A stretch of 64,000 nt of DNA from Callorhinchus milii (Eukaryota). A model generated the notes under the pieces. That model was not told the origin of the DNA, did no database searches, and worked only from the letters and a program-made list of their open reading frames with translations. The position numbers were made by a program, and so were the translations under genes. Within the stretch, counting starts at the first letter, position 1. The number at the start of each line of letters is the position of its first letter. The stretch spans positions 11,906,001-11,970,000 of the forward strand of contig NW_024704743.1 of assembly GCF_018977255.1 (NCBI RefSeq), written 5' to 3'. Positions 1 through 12,490 of the stretch are shown piece by piece.

Positions 1-1214
1 ACAATGGATATGTTCCTGTGGTGCTGTGAAGGACACTATATAAATGTAAGTTGTTTGTTGTCGAAACAATACCTTGCAATGATATTGTCACACGTAGAAA
101 ATCCTGCAAGTCGATGGTAAATTGCAGGTTAGATGGTTGTAACCTGACACAATATTTTGTGATGTGAATTTCATTTTGCACAAGGGGAATGAAGATCCAG
201 CAGCATCCCGGTAATACTAATAATAATCTTTGCATTTGATAGAGGGCAATATCATGTTGGTGAGACGTCCCACAGCACTTCACAGAATATATTGTAAAGT
301 GGATACAATATATAGTTTGGGACATGACAAGTGACTGCCAGGATGGTGGAAGGCGAACTAGATGGACCTTGGCCTTCTTTCGCCTTGCAAATTCTTATGT
401 TACGTTCTTATGGATTGGCTGTATTTTTTGGGTGAAACGCGGTAACCAATTGCACACAGCATTGCCCGACAAACAGTCATTGATTGAGTGACCACATTTT
501 TTTTGGAGGGATTATTGGATGAGACTGTCATATTATTTGGTAACATCTTGGATGTGGCTTTCTTTATTCCAAGAAGGTCCAAGAAACCCAGTGGCTTTCC
601 TTTGGTGGTTGCATGTTCTTTTAAGCTATGTCATAAGTGATGAGGAGGTGTTGAGTGCTGGTGGATAGGGGTGTGAGTTGGCTTTTTTCTTAAAATAAAA
701 CTCTGTTCATCCACTTGTCTTAAAACTTACTTTGCTGACCACGGTTAAGGTCACTTTCCCCACCTTCTCCCTTGTTCTGTGTCCCTATCACTGTGAAGGG
801 CTCAGACATTATTCTACATGAATTCTTGCTCCTGCTGTTAATGGCTTCAGATCCACTGCAACATTGCCTGCTCAGTTCTTTGTAAAACGCTTTGAGAGGT
901 ATTTCCCAATGCCAAGCTCCCTGTATAAACGTAAATTACAGAAGGGAGTTTCTCCTGGTATTCTGGTCACCAACCCTCCAAATAAAGTCAGTCACTTGCT
1001 TCATGGCTGTTTGAGGGACGTTGCAATGTGCAAATTGGCTGCTGTATTTCCCAACAAAATACACTTTATGGTATATCCCGTGAAGCGCTTTGAGACGTCC
1101 TCCCATTGTGAAAGGTACTACACCGAAATGTATTGTAAGATTTATTAAATTATTGTTTGTTAACTCTGCAAGCGAAAGCCCTAATGAGTAGGTTGGTCCT
1201 AGTTGGACCAATCA

Positions 1215-2370
1215 GGTTGTGACTAGTGGAGTGCTACAAGGATTAGTGCTTGGATCTCAACTATTTACAGTCTACATCAATGACTTAGATGAGGAAATAG
1301 AGCTTAATGTATCTAAATTCGCAGACGATACAAAGCCAGGTGGGAAAGTAAGTTGTGAGGAGGACACAAGAAGGATGCAAAGGGATATAGAAAGGTTAAG
1401 TGATTGGACAAGAAGGTGGCAGATGGAGTATAATGTGGGGAAGTGTGAAGTTATGGAATTCCGTACCCCAGAAGGCTGTGGGATGCTCAGTCATTGAATG
1501 TAATTAAGACTGAGATCAATAGATTTTTAAAAACTAAAGGGATATGGGGATAGGGCGGGTAAATGAAATGTGAACCTAGGTAGAAAAAATAGAAAAACAG
1601 ATTATTTTCTAGAGGGGGAGAGACTAGCGACTAGTGTCGAGAGACTAGTGTTAATATTCAGAGGGATTTAGGTGTCCTTGTACACCAATCACAGAGTTAG
1701 TATGCAGGTACAGCAAGTAATTAGAAAGGCTAATAGCATGTTAGTGTTTATTGCAAAGGGGTTAGAGTACAAGAGTAGGGAAGTCTTGTTGCAATTGTAT
1801 AGGGCCTTGGTGAGACCTCACCTGGAATATTGTGTGCAGTTTTGGTCTCCTTATCAAAGAAAGGATATACTCGCTTCAGAGGGGGTGCAGCGTAGATTCA
1901 CTAGGTTGGTTCCTGGGATGAGGGGGTTGATCTACGAGGAGAGGTTGAGTCAACTAGGCCTATATTCTCTAGAATATAGAAGAATTAGAGGTGATCGTAT
2001 AGAAACCTATAAGATTTTTAAGGGTCTTGACATGGTAGATAGTGTGAGACTGTTTCCCCGGTTGGAGAATCTAAAACTAGGGGTCATACTCTCAGGATTA
2101 AAGGTCAGCCTTTAGAACTGAGTTGAGAAAACATTTCTTCACTCAGAGGGTAGTGAATTTATGGAATTCTCTACCCCAAAAGGCTGTTGATGGTTAGTCA
2201 TTGAACATATTTAAGTCTGAGATTGATAGATTTTTAAAAACTTAAGGGATATGGGGATAGGTCAGGCAAATGGAATTAGCTTAGAAGATCAGCCATGATC
2301 TTATTAAATGGCGGGGCAGGCTCAAGGGGCCGAATAGCCTTCTTCTGCTCCTATTTCTTATGTTCTTAGT
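1215..2370 (+). mobile_element. 5'-truncated CR1 LINE (RT C-terminal half and 3' UTR), degraded
   Basis: ORF fragments [23 protein letters not shown] and LYRALVRPHLEYCVQFWSP; CR1-type end ggccgaatagccttcttctgctcctatttcttatgttctt. Confidence 0.92.
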
Positions 2371-3189
2371 TGGACAAACATCTTCTTGTCAGTGTTTGCA
2401 ATAGCAAATGCAGTTTTAGCTGGTTAAAATCCAGCAGTTCCCCAATACATGGTCTGTGCTTTTGCCACAAATACACAGTCATTTCTCTAAAGTGTGCTTT
2501 GAGATGCCCATCTGACTAGATAAAGTGCAAAACCAAATGCAAGGATTCTTATTGTATTAAAATAGAATTGTTCTCTTGAAAATTAAAATACAGCCTCTGC
2601 AAAGCATATTTGTAAAAAAAATGAATTCACTGCTATCTTTGTGCTGGCTTTGTTCTTGCTGAATACTTTTCAGTGTAGCAACCCCAGGCTACCTCTTAGT
2701 GGAATCATTATCGTTACAAATTAGATACTGCTGGGGACCAAAGGACTTTCCAACATAATGCAAAGTATTTATGATCTATTTACTATTGTCAACAACTTGC
2801 ATTTATATAGCGCCTACTTGCTGCCTCAGAAGGACGTCTCAAAGCTCTTCACACAAATGACTGGTAGCTTGGGTTATGGTGGGGAGGGGCAGCGAGGGAG
2901 GGCAAACGTAGCCAAAAAAGCTTGGTTGAAGAGATGGGTCTTAATATAACCCTTGCGTTTGATACAGCGCCTTATCGAAGCATCTCAAAGTTTTTTGCAG
3001 AATGCACTGTGCCCCACAAACAGCAAGTGACCAATTTTATATGAGGGATTGCTGACCAGGACATGAGGAGAAATTTCTACCCTTGCTCCACCCTAGCCAC
3101 TCTCCACAAGCTGGCGTTTATCCAACTAAGCCGTGCTGGTTGGATTCAGTAATGTAGGCCAGGTGTTCTTTCCCTCGCATCGCCCCGTA

Positions 3190-3640
3190 CCTCCACTACA
3201 GCCTCCAGCCTCACTCTCCCCCACCTGTACCTCCACTACCACCTCCAATGCCACTTCCCCCACTGTACCTCACTACCACCTCCAGCCCCACTCCCCCCCA
3301 CTGTACCTCACTACCACCTCCAGCCCCACTCCCCCCCACTGTACCTCACTACCACCTCCAGCCCCACTCCCCCCCACTGTACCTCACTACCACCTCCAGC
3401 CCCACTCCCCCCACTGTACCTCACTACCACCTCCAGCCCACTCCCCCCCACTGTACCTCACTACCACCTCCAGCCCCACTCCCCCCACTGTACCTCACTA
3501 CCACCTCCAGCCCCACTCCCCCCCACTGTACCTCACTACCACCTCCAGCCCCACTCCCCCCCGCTGTACCTCACTACCACCTCCAGCCCCACTCCCCCCC
3601 ACTGTACCTCACTACCACCTCCAGCCCCACTCCCCCCCGC
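3190..3640. repeat. About 38-bp C-rich minisatellite, about 11 copies
   Basis: Unit ctgtacctcactaccacctccagccccactccccccca repeated head to tail with a variable C-run. Confidence 0.97.
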
Positions 3641-4242
3641 TTGCTCTCTCTGTTCCAGGTTTCACTTCACACACCCCCTACCTCATTCTGCCATTGGCAC
3701 CTGTGCTTTCAGCTGCTATTGCTGTGCGCAAATTGGCTCCATGTGTTACTGCACTTTACAGTAAATCCTGTCAAGTGCATTGACATGCTCTCCTGACTTG
3801 AGAGACGCTGTATCAAATGTAAGGATTTTTATGAAGTCCCCACTCGCAAGAATCCCCTCCCAAAATATCTGCCTTACGCCTCATCTTCACCAAGTACAAA
3901 CCCTGCTTCTTCAACTGTGACACTGATTCCTTCTCTGTTTTTTGCTCAGTTATTCCAAACTTATTATTATTATTATTAAATGGTCCCTTAAAGTGCATTT
4001 GAGATGTTCTCCTCATGAAAGCTGTTGTACAAGTGCAATCATTGTTGGAAATCCTGTAATCCATGTTCTTTCTTTTAATCGCTATCTATCTGGAGGTGCG
4101 TGTATGTGGTGATGTTGGGTGAGCCTTGACTGAAGGTGGCCATCCACTTGCTTTCCAGTTCCCTCCTGCCATCGAATCAACATTCCAACAACACATTCAC
4201 ACCCTACACATGAATAATGGGCAATTGACTTTAAGTTTCAGT

Positions 4243-4455
4243 GTATCAGCCTGGCTCAGTTGGTAGCACTCTCATCTCTGAGTCAGACGGCTTTGGTTTC
4301 AAGCACTGTGTCAGGACTTTGAGGTCACTCCAGTGACACTCCAGTGATGGAGCAGTGGAGGTGGAGGTGCTGTACTTTGGACAAAATGTTAAACTGAGGC
4401 TACATCTGCCTGTTCAGGTGGACGTTAGAGATCCCACAACACTATTCGAAGTCCC
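4243..4455 (+). mobile_element. Deu-domain SINE (SacSINE1/AmnSINE-like), 5' part
   Basis: tRNA-like head tcagcctggctcagttggtagcactctc, then gttaaactgaggc...gttcaggtggacgttagagatccca (Deu domain). Confidence 0.75.
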
Positions 4456-5204
4456 CGGAATCTCTTTGCCATGTCCTGACTTGAAAGGAGCTATAAATTG
4501 CTGTTTGGAATTTTAGTTGTCGTTGTATTAGGCCTTTCAGGTCGGGACAAGGCAAAGGGATGGAGTTCCAAAGAGTGGGGGCAGAAAAGCTGAAAGCTTG
4601 ATTATTAATGACATTGCTGTGTGCAAATTAGCTGTGTCAAGACCTTTCTCTATCAACTGCACCTTTGGCCACCCTCCTATCCCCACCCTCCCTGCCCTAC
4701 ACCCCTTTTGATCCCAACTCTGAGCTCAGGTGCACAGCCTTAACTGTTCAGCGCCTTGGCATCCTCTAGACTTGCAAGCCACAATACAAATGAAAGTTGT
4801 TGTTATGTAGGCCTACAAAATACAGTCAATACACTGCAGTAAAATCCTGTGAAGCACTTTGAGCCATTCTGAAAACATTGTAAGGCGCTGCATCAAATGC
4901 AAGGATTATTATTATTTTATGCCTGTGATGGCCTTAGGGATCATGTGCCTCATAAAGAGGAGTTAGAGAGAAATCAAGAGTGGAATGTTTTCAGCACAGC
5001 AGAAAATTAAGCTAGAAAAGAACAAAAGCAAAAAAAAGAAGCATTCGTATTTTGACAGTGTAGTATTAGTTTGAAGCGAGTTCAACATAAATATAATATG
5101 GATATAATACACCTATTTATAAAATGAGATGGCCTTGGGCTTATTGTGCCCGCGGGGTGTGGTTATGAGGGGAAGGTTCAGTGACTGAGCTCAGGACATC
5201 TTGG

Positions 5205-7010
5205 TCTGTGGGGGTGAGCGTGTGGGGGGGTGAGCGTGTGGCGGGCGTGTGAGCGTGTGGGGGGGGGTGTGAGCGAGTGGGGGGGGGTGTGAGCGAGTGG
5301 GGGGGGGTGTGAGCGTGTGGGGGGGGGTGTGAGCGTGTGGGTGGGGGTGAGCGTGTGGGGGGGGGTGAGCGTGTGGGGGGGTGTGAGCGTCTGGGTGGGG
5401 GTGAGCGTCTGGGTGGGGGTGGTGTGTATGGTGTGTGTGGGGGTGTGTTGGGTGTGGGTGTGTATGGTGTGTGTGTGTGGGGTAGCGTGCGTGGTTGTGG
5501 GTGTGTGTGTGTAGGGGGTGTCTATGGGTGTGTCTGAGTAGGGTACGGTGTGTGAGTGGCAGGGAGGGTGTGTGTGGGGTGGTGGTGTGGATGTGTGGAG
5601 GTTGAGATGTGTGTGCGGGGTGATGGGTGCGTGTGCAGGGAGGGGTGGTGTGTATGTGGAGCATACGTGTGTGGGGGGGGCGGTGTGTGTGTGTAGGGGG
5701 GGTTTGGGTTGTGTGTCCTGACCCAACTGTACAGCGCCTTGGGACGTCCGCCCGACGTGAAAGGCGCTCTATAAATGGAATCTTGTTGTTGTTGGGCGGG
5801 GGGTGGGGTGTGAGTGTGTGGGGGTGGAGGGTGGGGTGTGAGTGTGTGTGTGGGGGGTGGAGGGTGGGGTGTGAGTGTGTGGGGTGGAGGGTGGGGTGTG
5901 AGTGTGTGTGTGGGGGGTGGAGGGTGGGGTGTGAGTGTGTGTGTGGGGGGGTGGAGGGTGGGGTGTGAGTGTGTGTGTGGGGGGGTGGAGTGTGTGTGTG
6001 TGGTGGGGTGTGAGTGTGTGTGGGGGGGGTGGAGTATTTATTTGGGTGGGTGGAGTGTGTGTGGGGGGGGCTGGAGTGTGTGTGGGGTGTGGGGGGGCTG
6101 GAGTGTGTGTGGGGGGGGCTGGAGTGTGTGTGTGTGTGTGGGGGGGCTGGAGTGTGTGTGTGGGGGGGCTGGAGTGTGTGTGTGTGGGGGGGCTGGAGTG
6201 TGTGTGTGTGTGGGGGGGCTGGAGTGTGTGTGGTGGGGGGGCTGGAGTGTGTGTGTGGGGGGGCTGGAGTGTGTGGGGGGGGGCTGGAGTGTGTGTGGGG
6301 GGGGGCTGGAGTGTGTGTGGGGGGGGGCTGGAGTGTGTGTGGGGGGGGGCTGGAGTGTGGGGGGGGCGGAGTGTGTGGTGGGGGGGGGGCTGGAGTGTGT
6401 GTGGGGGGGGGTGTGTGTGGGGGGGGGCTGGAGTGTGTGTGTGGGGGGGGGCTGGAGTGTGTGTGGGGGGGGGGGGGGGGGGGCTGGAGTGTGTGTGGGG
6501 GGGGCTGGAGTGTGTGTGGGGGGGGGGCTGGAGTGTGTGGGGGGGGGCTGGAGTGTGTGGGGGGGGCTGGAGTGTGTGTGGGGGGGGCTGGAGCGTGTGT
6601 GGGGGGGGGGGTGGAGCGTGTGGGGGGGGGGTGTGAGCGTGTGGGGGTGTGAGCGTGTGGGGGGTGTGAGCGTGTGGGGGGTGTGAGCGTGTGGGGTGTG
6701 AGCGTGTGGGGGGTGTGAGCGTGTGGGGGTGGGGGTGTGAGCTGGGTGGGGTGTGATCGTGTGGGTGGGGTGTGATCGTGTGGGTGGGGTGTGAGCGTGT
6801 GGGTGGGGTGTGAGCGTGTGGGGGGGGTGTGAGCGTGTGGGGCGGGTGTGAGCGTGTGTGGGGGGGGGGTGTGAGCGTGTGGTGTGAGCGTGTGTGTGTA
6901 GGTGTGAGCGTGTGGGGGGGGGTGTGAGCGTGTGGGGGGGGTGAGCGTGTGGGGGTTTGTGATTGTGTGGAGGGCTGTGTGTGTGTGGTGGGGTGGGGTG
7001 GGGGTGGGGT
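5205..7010. repeat. G-rich compound simple repeat (gtgagcgtgtGn and ggctggagtgtgtGn arrays)
   Basis: Directly visible; G-runs reach about 17 or more nt. Confidence 0.95.
5717..5795 (+). mobile_element. L2 LINE 3' tail fragment embedded in the G-rich array
   Basis: cagcgccttgggacgtccgcccgacgtgaaaggcgctctataaatggaatcttgttgttgttg matches the tail of the L2 at about 26565-26640. Confidence 0.85.
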
Positions 7011-7449
7011 GCGTGTTGCCCGGAGCTCTGTGAGCAGGAGGGGACGTGGGGGTAGAGGAGGTGTGGGACGGGTGGGAGCGGGAGGGGGGCGCGAGGTAGA
7101 GTGGGAGGAAGGGGGCGAGGGTTGAGAGGCAAGGTAGCTGAAGGTGCCATCAATTTGTTTTTACTCACAGTCCTTTATCCCGACCATGTTTTTTCCTCCT
7201 TTTACTAAAATGCAGTTTGGTTCAGTTGTAGACAAAGGGATTGTTTTTCTCTGGTTTATTTCCTGTACCACTTTAAATCGGCTCCGAGCAAAAGCCTTTC
7301 ACAGTCATCTCATCGAATGCCCATTCTCATGAATGGCTCGCAGACAAACAGCAAAATTATTTTAATGTTTACTGCATATAAAAAAATGTCTCTGGTGTTT
7401 CTCCTCCTCCCATCACTCCAGTCCCCACAAGTGGCAATTTGAGGATATA

Positions 7450-7740
7450 TATTAAAATAACAAAACAACTTGCCCTATAGAGCCCCTCACAGGGTAGGGT
7501 CCCAGAGCGGTTGACAGTGATGGAGCACGACGCTGAGTCGGGGGGGAGGGGGAGGTGACCGTAAGCCCAATTGGCGCGACCTGAAGATGGAGAAAGGGGG
7601 AGGGAGAGGAAGGAGTGTTCCAGAGTTTTGGGGCGCAGTGGCTGAATGTGCAGCCAACAATGGTTGAATGGAGGCACAAGGGACATGCAGGAGGCCAGAG
7701 ACAGTCGAGCGGAGGCAACGGGTTGGGACATGAGGGAACA
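7450..7740 (-). mobile_element. L2 LINE 3' fragment
   Basis: Minus-strand translation includes RCLRSTVSGLLHVP and TFSHCAPKLWN, the L2 ORF2 C-terminus. Confidence 0.75.
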
Positions 7741-7756
7741 AGTGGAAAGGAGCTGG

Positions 7757-9870
7757 TGTGTGTGTAAGAGAGTGTTTGTGTTTGTGTGTGTGTATGTAAA
7801 AGACAGTATATGTGTGCGAATCTGTGTGTGAGTGAGAGTTGTGTATGTCTATGAAAGAGAGAGAGAAAGTGTGTATATGAGAAAAAGGTGGAGTATGAGT
7901 GTTTGTGTGTCAGAGAACAAGAGAGTGTGTGTGTGAGTGAGAATGTATGTGTATGAGCGAGAGTGTGTGTGTGAGAGAGAGCAAGAGATGTGGAGTCCTG
8001 TAGCTCAGTGGTTAGAGCACTCGCTTTGCAAGTGAGAGACCTGAGTCCAATTCCAGACAGAGGGCGAAACCTTGGGCAAGTTTCCTTACTCCACACAGAG
8101 CCTAATAATAATCCCTCCACAACCAAAAACAATAATAAATTGGTCATTTTCAATCTACGACTGTTTGTGGGACATTGCTGTGCGCAATTGGCTGCCGCGT
8201 TCGCCCACAAATATACAGTCAATTCACTTTACAGTGTGTTCTGTGAAGCGCTTTGGGACGTCCTCCCGACGTGAAAAGCGCTATATCAAATGCAAGGATT
8301 ATTATTATGTGTGTGTGTGATAGTGAGAGAGTGTATATGTGTGAGAGCGAGAGTATGTGTGTGCAAGAAAGATAGTGTGTATGTGAGAGTGAGAGTGTAT
8401 ATGTGTGTGTGGATATGAGAGAGTGTGTGTAAGAGTATAGTATGTGTGTGTGAGAGCGAGAGAGTATGTGTGTGTGAGCTAGTGAGAAAGTATATGTGTG
8501 TGTGAGTGAGAGTATGTGTATTTGTGTGAGAGAATTTGTGTGCGAGACAGTGAGAGGATGTATGTGTGTATGTGTGATAGAATATATTTGTGTGTGTATG
8601 GGTGAGCGAGAGGGGATACGTGTGTGTGAGCAAGAGGGTGTGTATGAGTGAGAGAGAGTGTGAGACAGCAAGAATGTGTATATGAGAGCAAGAGTTTGTG
8701 TGTGAGCATAGTATGTGAGAGAGCGAGAGTGTGTGTGTGAAAGTGAGTGTGTGAGAGTGTGTGTGTGACTGTAAAAGCAAGAGTATGTGTGTCAGAGAGT
8801 GCGTGTATATGTGTGTGTGTGTGTGAGAGTGAGAGAGTATGGGTGTATGTGTGAGAGAGTATTTGTGCGTAAGACAGTGAGAGAATGTATGTATGTATGT
8901 GTGATAGTGTATTTGTGTGTGTGTGAGCGAGAGTGTATATGTATGTGTGTGAGTGAGAGTGGATATGTGTGTGAGCGAGAGCGTGTGTGTAAGAGAGTGA
9001 GACAGCAAGAATGTGTATGTGAGAGCAAGAGTTTGTGTGTGTGTGTAAATATAGTATGTGAGAGAGTGAGAGTGTGTGTGTGAAAGCAAGTATGCGTGAG
9101 AGTGTGTGACTGTAAGAGCAACAGTATGTGTGTGTGAGAGCGAGAGTATTTGTATGTGTGTGTGAGTGTGTGTGTCAGTGAGTGAGTTTGTGTGTATGTT
9201 TGAGAGAATATGTGTGTGTGAGAGGGAGAGTGTGTGTGTGTGGGTGTGAGTGTGTGAGTAGTATGTGTGAGAGAGCGAGAGTGCGTGTGTGAAAGCGAGT
9301 GTGTGTGACTGTGTAAGGGCGAGAGAGTGTGTGTGAGAGAGCGAGAGTGTGTGTGTGAGAGAAAGTGAGAGTGTGTGTGAGAGTGTATGTATGAGAGCAA
9401 GAGCATTTGTGTGGGAAAGAGTGAAAGAGTGTACGTGTGAGAGTATGTGTGCGTGTGAGAGAGTATGTATGTGTGAGAGCGAGAGCGTATATGTGTGAGA
9501 GCATATGTGTGTGTAAGAGAGCGAGAGTGTGTGTGTAACAGCGAGAGTGTGAGTATGTGTGCGAGAGAGCGAGAGTGTGTGTTTCTGTGTGAGAACGAGT
9601 GTGTGTTTTTGTGTGAGAGTGTGTGTGTTTGTGTGAGAGCGAGAGTATGTGTGTGTTTGTGAGAGTATGTGTGTGTGAGAGAGCGAGAGTGTATGTGTGT
9701 GTGAGAGTATGTGTGTGTGTGAGAGAGCGAGAGAGCATGTGTGTGACAGAGAGTGAGAGAATGTGTGTGTGAGCGGGAGAATGTGCATCAGTGAGAGAGC
9801 GAGTGTGTGTGAGAGAGCGAGAGAGTATGTGTGTGAGGCAGCGAGGTATGTATGTGTGATAGCAAGTGTG
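7757..9870. repeat. Degenerate (GT)n/(GA)n microsatellite block with internal duplications
   Basis: Directly visible; source of the spurious His/Thr-rich ORFs, including the 500-aa ORF. Confidence 0.95.
7990..8308 (+). mobile_element. Young tRNA-Ala-derived SINE, short form, full length
   Basis: A box TAGCTCAGTGG, anticodon arm ctcgc-tttgcaa-gtgag, B-box-like gagtccaattcc, L2-like tail and (tta)n; near-identical to the copies at 25185, 28163 and 33735. Confidence 0.93.
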
Positions 9871-9873
9871 TGG

Positions 9874-9975
9874 GTGTGACTGGAGGAGAGACGGGAGCAG
9901 TGTGACTGGAGGAGTGACGGGAAAAGTGCGACTGGAGGAGAGACGGGAACAGTGTGACAGTGTGGAGGAGAGACA
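9874..9975. repeat. About 26-bp minisatellite (gtgtgactggaggagagacgggagca), left part
   Basis: About 4 units; the array continues at 12337-12490. Confidence 0.85.
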
Positions 9976-12335
9976 GAATCATAGAATCGTACAGCACAAA
10001 AAGAGGCCCATCGAGTCTGTGCCGGCTCTTTGAAAAGAGCAATGAAATGTCAATCCCACTCCCCAGCCCTTTCCCAAAAACTCTGCAAACCCATCCTCCT
10101 CAAATACCCATCCACTGTGTTTTTAAAAGTTGTTATCGAATCGGCCTCGACCACCCTTTCAGGCAATGTGTTCCAGATTCGAACAACTTGCTGCGTGAAA
10201 AAAATTCTTCTCACCTCCCCTCTGCTTCTTTTAGATACTATTTTAAATCTGTGACCTCGAGTCACCGACACACCCACCAGTGGAAACAGTTTTTCCCTTT
10301 CTAACCTATCAAATCCGCTCATGATTTTGAAGACCTCTATTAGGTCTCCTCGTAACCTTCTCTGCTCCAATGAGAATAATCCCAGCCTCTCGTGCCTTTC
10401 CTCATAATCAAGGTCCCTCATTCCTGGTACCATCCTCGTAAATCTCCTCTGCACCCTTTCCATTGCCTTAACATCCTTCCTATAGTGTGGTACCCAGACC
10501 TGGGCGCAGTATTCTAACTGAGGCCTAACCAGTGTTTTATATGGGTTAATCATAACCTCCTGATTCTTGCACTCTATACCCTATATATAAAGCCTAGTAT
10601 CCCATATGCCCTTTTTACAGCTTTATCTACCTGTCCTGCCACCTTCAAGGATTCATTTACCTGAACCCCAGGTCTCTCTGTTCTTTCACCCCCCTTAAGA
10701 TTGTATTACCAGCCTATATTGCCTCCCCTCATTCTTTCTACCAAAATGCATTACGTCACATTTCTCCACATTGAAATTCATCTGCCATATCTCTGCCCAT
10801 TTTACCATTCTGTCTCTGTCTTCCTGCAGTTGGCTGCTATCCTTCTCACTGTTTACTACCCTACCTAACATTGTGTCATCCGCAAACTTGGAAGTGGTAC
10901 TTGCTAAACTCAAGTCCAGATCATTTCTGTATATTAAGAACAACAGTGGTACTAATACCGATCCCTGGGGGACGCCACTGTACACTTCCTTCCAGTCAGA
11001 AAAGCAGCCGTTCACCACAACTCTCTGCTATCTGTCTCCCAGCCAGTTCTGGATCCGCTGCCACTGTCCTTTTTATACTATGGGCTTCTATCTTTCTTAC
11101 AAGTCTTTCATGTGGCACTTTGTCAAATACCTTCTGAAAGTCCATATAAAATGCATCAACTGCACTACCTTCATCCACCCTCTCCGTTACCTCATCGAAA
11201 AATTCTATTAGATTTGTTAGACAAGATTTACCTTCAACAAATCCTTGCTGGCTGTCCCTAATTAGCCCATATTCTTCTAAGTGAAGATTTATTCTGTCCC
11301 GGATTATAGTCTCCAGGAGTTTCCCCACTACTGATGTTAGGCTGACTGGTCTGTAGTGCCCAGGTTTGTCCTTCTGTCCCTTTTTGTACAGGGAGTAACA
11401 TTGGCCACTCTCCAGTCCTCTGGCACCACCCTGTGTCCAACGAAGATTGAAAAATTGTAGCCAAAGCCTCCGCTATTTGTACCCGTGCCTCCCATAGTAC
11501 CCTTGGCTGCATCCCGTCCGGACCGGGCGACTTATCTACCTTCAGCCCAGTCAACCTTTTCAGTACTTCCTCTCTGTTTATACTTATCCTAACCATTTCC
11601 TCTACTCTCTCCTCCGATACTGCAGCATTTGGTGCATCCACTTCTTTTGTGAAGACAGATGCAAAGTACTCATTCAGTAAATCAGCCATACCTTCTGCCT
11701 CCACAATAAGATTTCCGCGTTGGTCCTTAATTGGCCCCACCCTGCCTTTGACTAACCTTTCTTTCTTGATATGTTTGTAAAATATTTTAGCATTCCCTTT
11801 AATGTTACCCACTAACCTTTCTTCGTATAATCTTTTTGCCCCTCTTATTTCCTTTTTCAGTTCTCTTCTGCACTTCCTATATTCTATTTGCTTGTCTTCT
11901 GTATCTTGGGTCGACACTTGTCATACGCCTCCTTTTTCTGCTTCATTCTAGTTACAATTACCTTCGTCATCCAGGGAGGTTTGGATGCCCTACTTTTCCC
12001 TTTTGTGGGAATGTATTTATTCTGTCCCCGAGCTATCTCATCCTTTAAGACTTCCCACTGCTCTTTAGTTGTTTTACCTGCCAATCTTTCTTTCCAGTCC
12101 ACCTTGGCTAGGTCCCTTTTTAACTCACTGAAATTAGCCCTCTTCCAGTTGAGTATCTTCACCTTAGATGGTTCCTTGTCCCTTTCCATATGCTCTCTGA
12201 ATCTAATGATGTTGTGATCACTATTGCCCAGATGCTCTCCCACTGAAACCTGCTCCACTTGTCCTACTTCATTCCCCAGAACTAGATCCAGCACTGCTTC
12301 CTTCCTCGTTGGGCTGGAAACGTACTGATCAAGAA
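9975..12335 (-). mobile_element. 5'-truncated CR1 LINE, about 2.35 kb (end of endonuclease, linker, RT, 3' UTR), frameshifted
   Basis: ORFs [68 protein letters not shown] and LVRPQLEYCAQVW; tail gattctatgattct. Confidence 0.96.
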
Positions 12336-12336
12336 A

Positions 12337-12490
12337 GTGTAACTGGAACAGTGTAACCGGAGAAAGAGAGACAGGAATAGTGTGACTGGAGGAGAGACAG
12401 GAGCAGCGTGACTGGAGAAAGAGAGATGGGAGCAGTGTGACTGGAGGAGGAGAGACAAGAGCAGTGTGACTAGGAAGAGAGACAGAGAAG
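12337..12490. repeat. About 26-bp minisatellite, right part
   Basis: Same unit as 9874-9975. Confidence 0.85.

Noticed and set aside
3133..3796. CRISPR-like array, or an extensin-like repeat protein
   Set aside because: The 38-bp units are contiguous with no unique spacers and no cas genes; the ORFs cycle through frames with C-run length.
5178..7168. Gly/Val/Cys-rich and Pro/His/Thr-rich ORFs of up to 376 aa
   Set aside because: Products of the G-rich simple repeat.
8286..9788. 500-aa and other long His/Thr/Leu-rich ORFs
   Set aside because: Translations of the GT/GA microsatellite, open in several frames, with no protein-like complexity.
9975..12335. Intact, active reverse transcriptase
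   Set aside because: 5'-truncated and broken into several frames. The same applies to every CR1 and L2 copy here.
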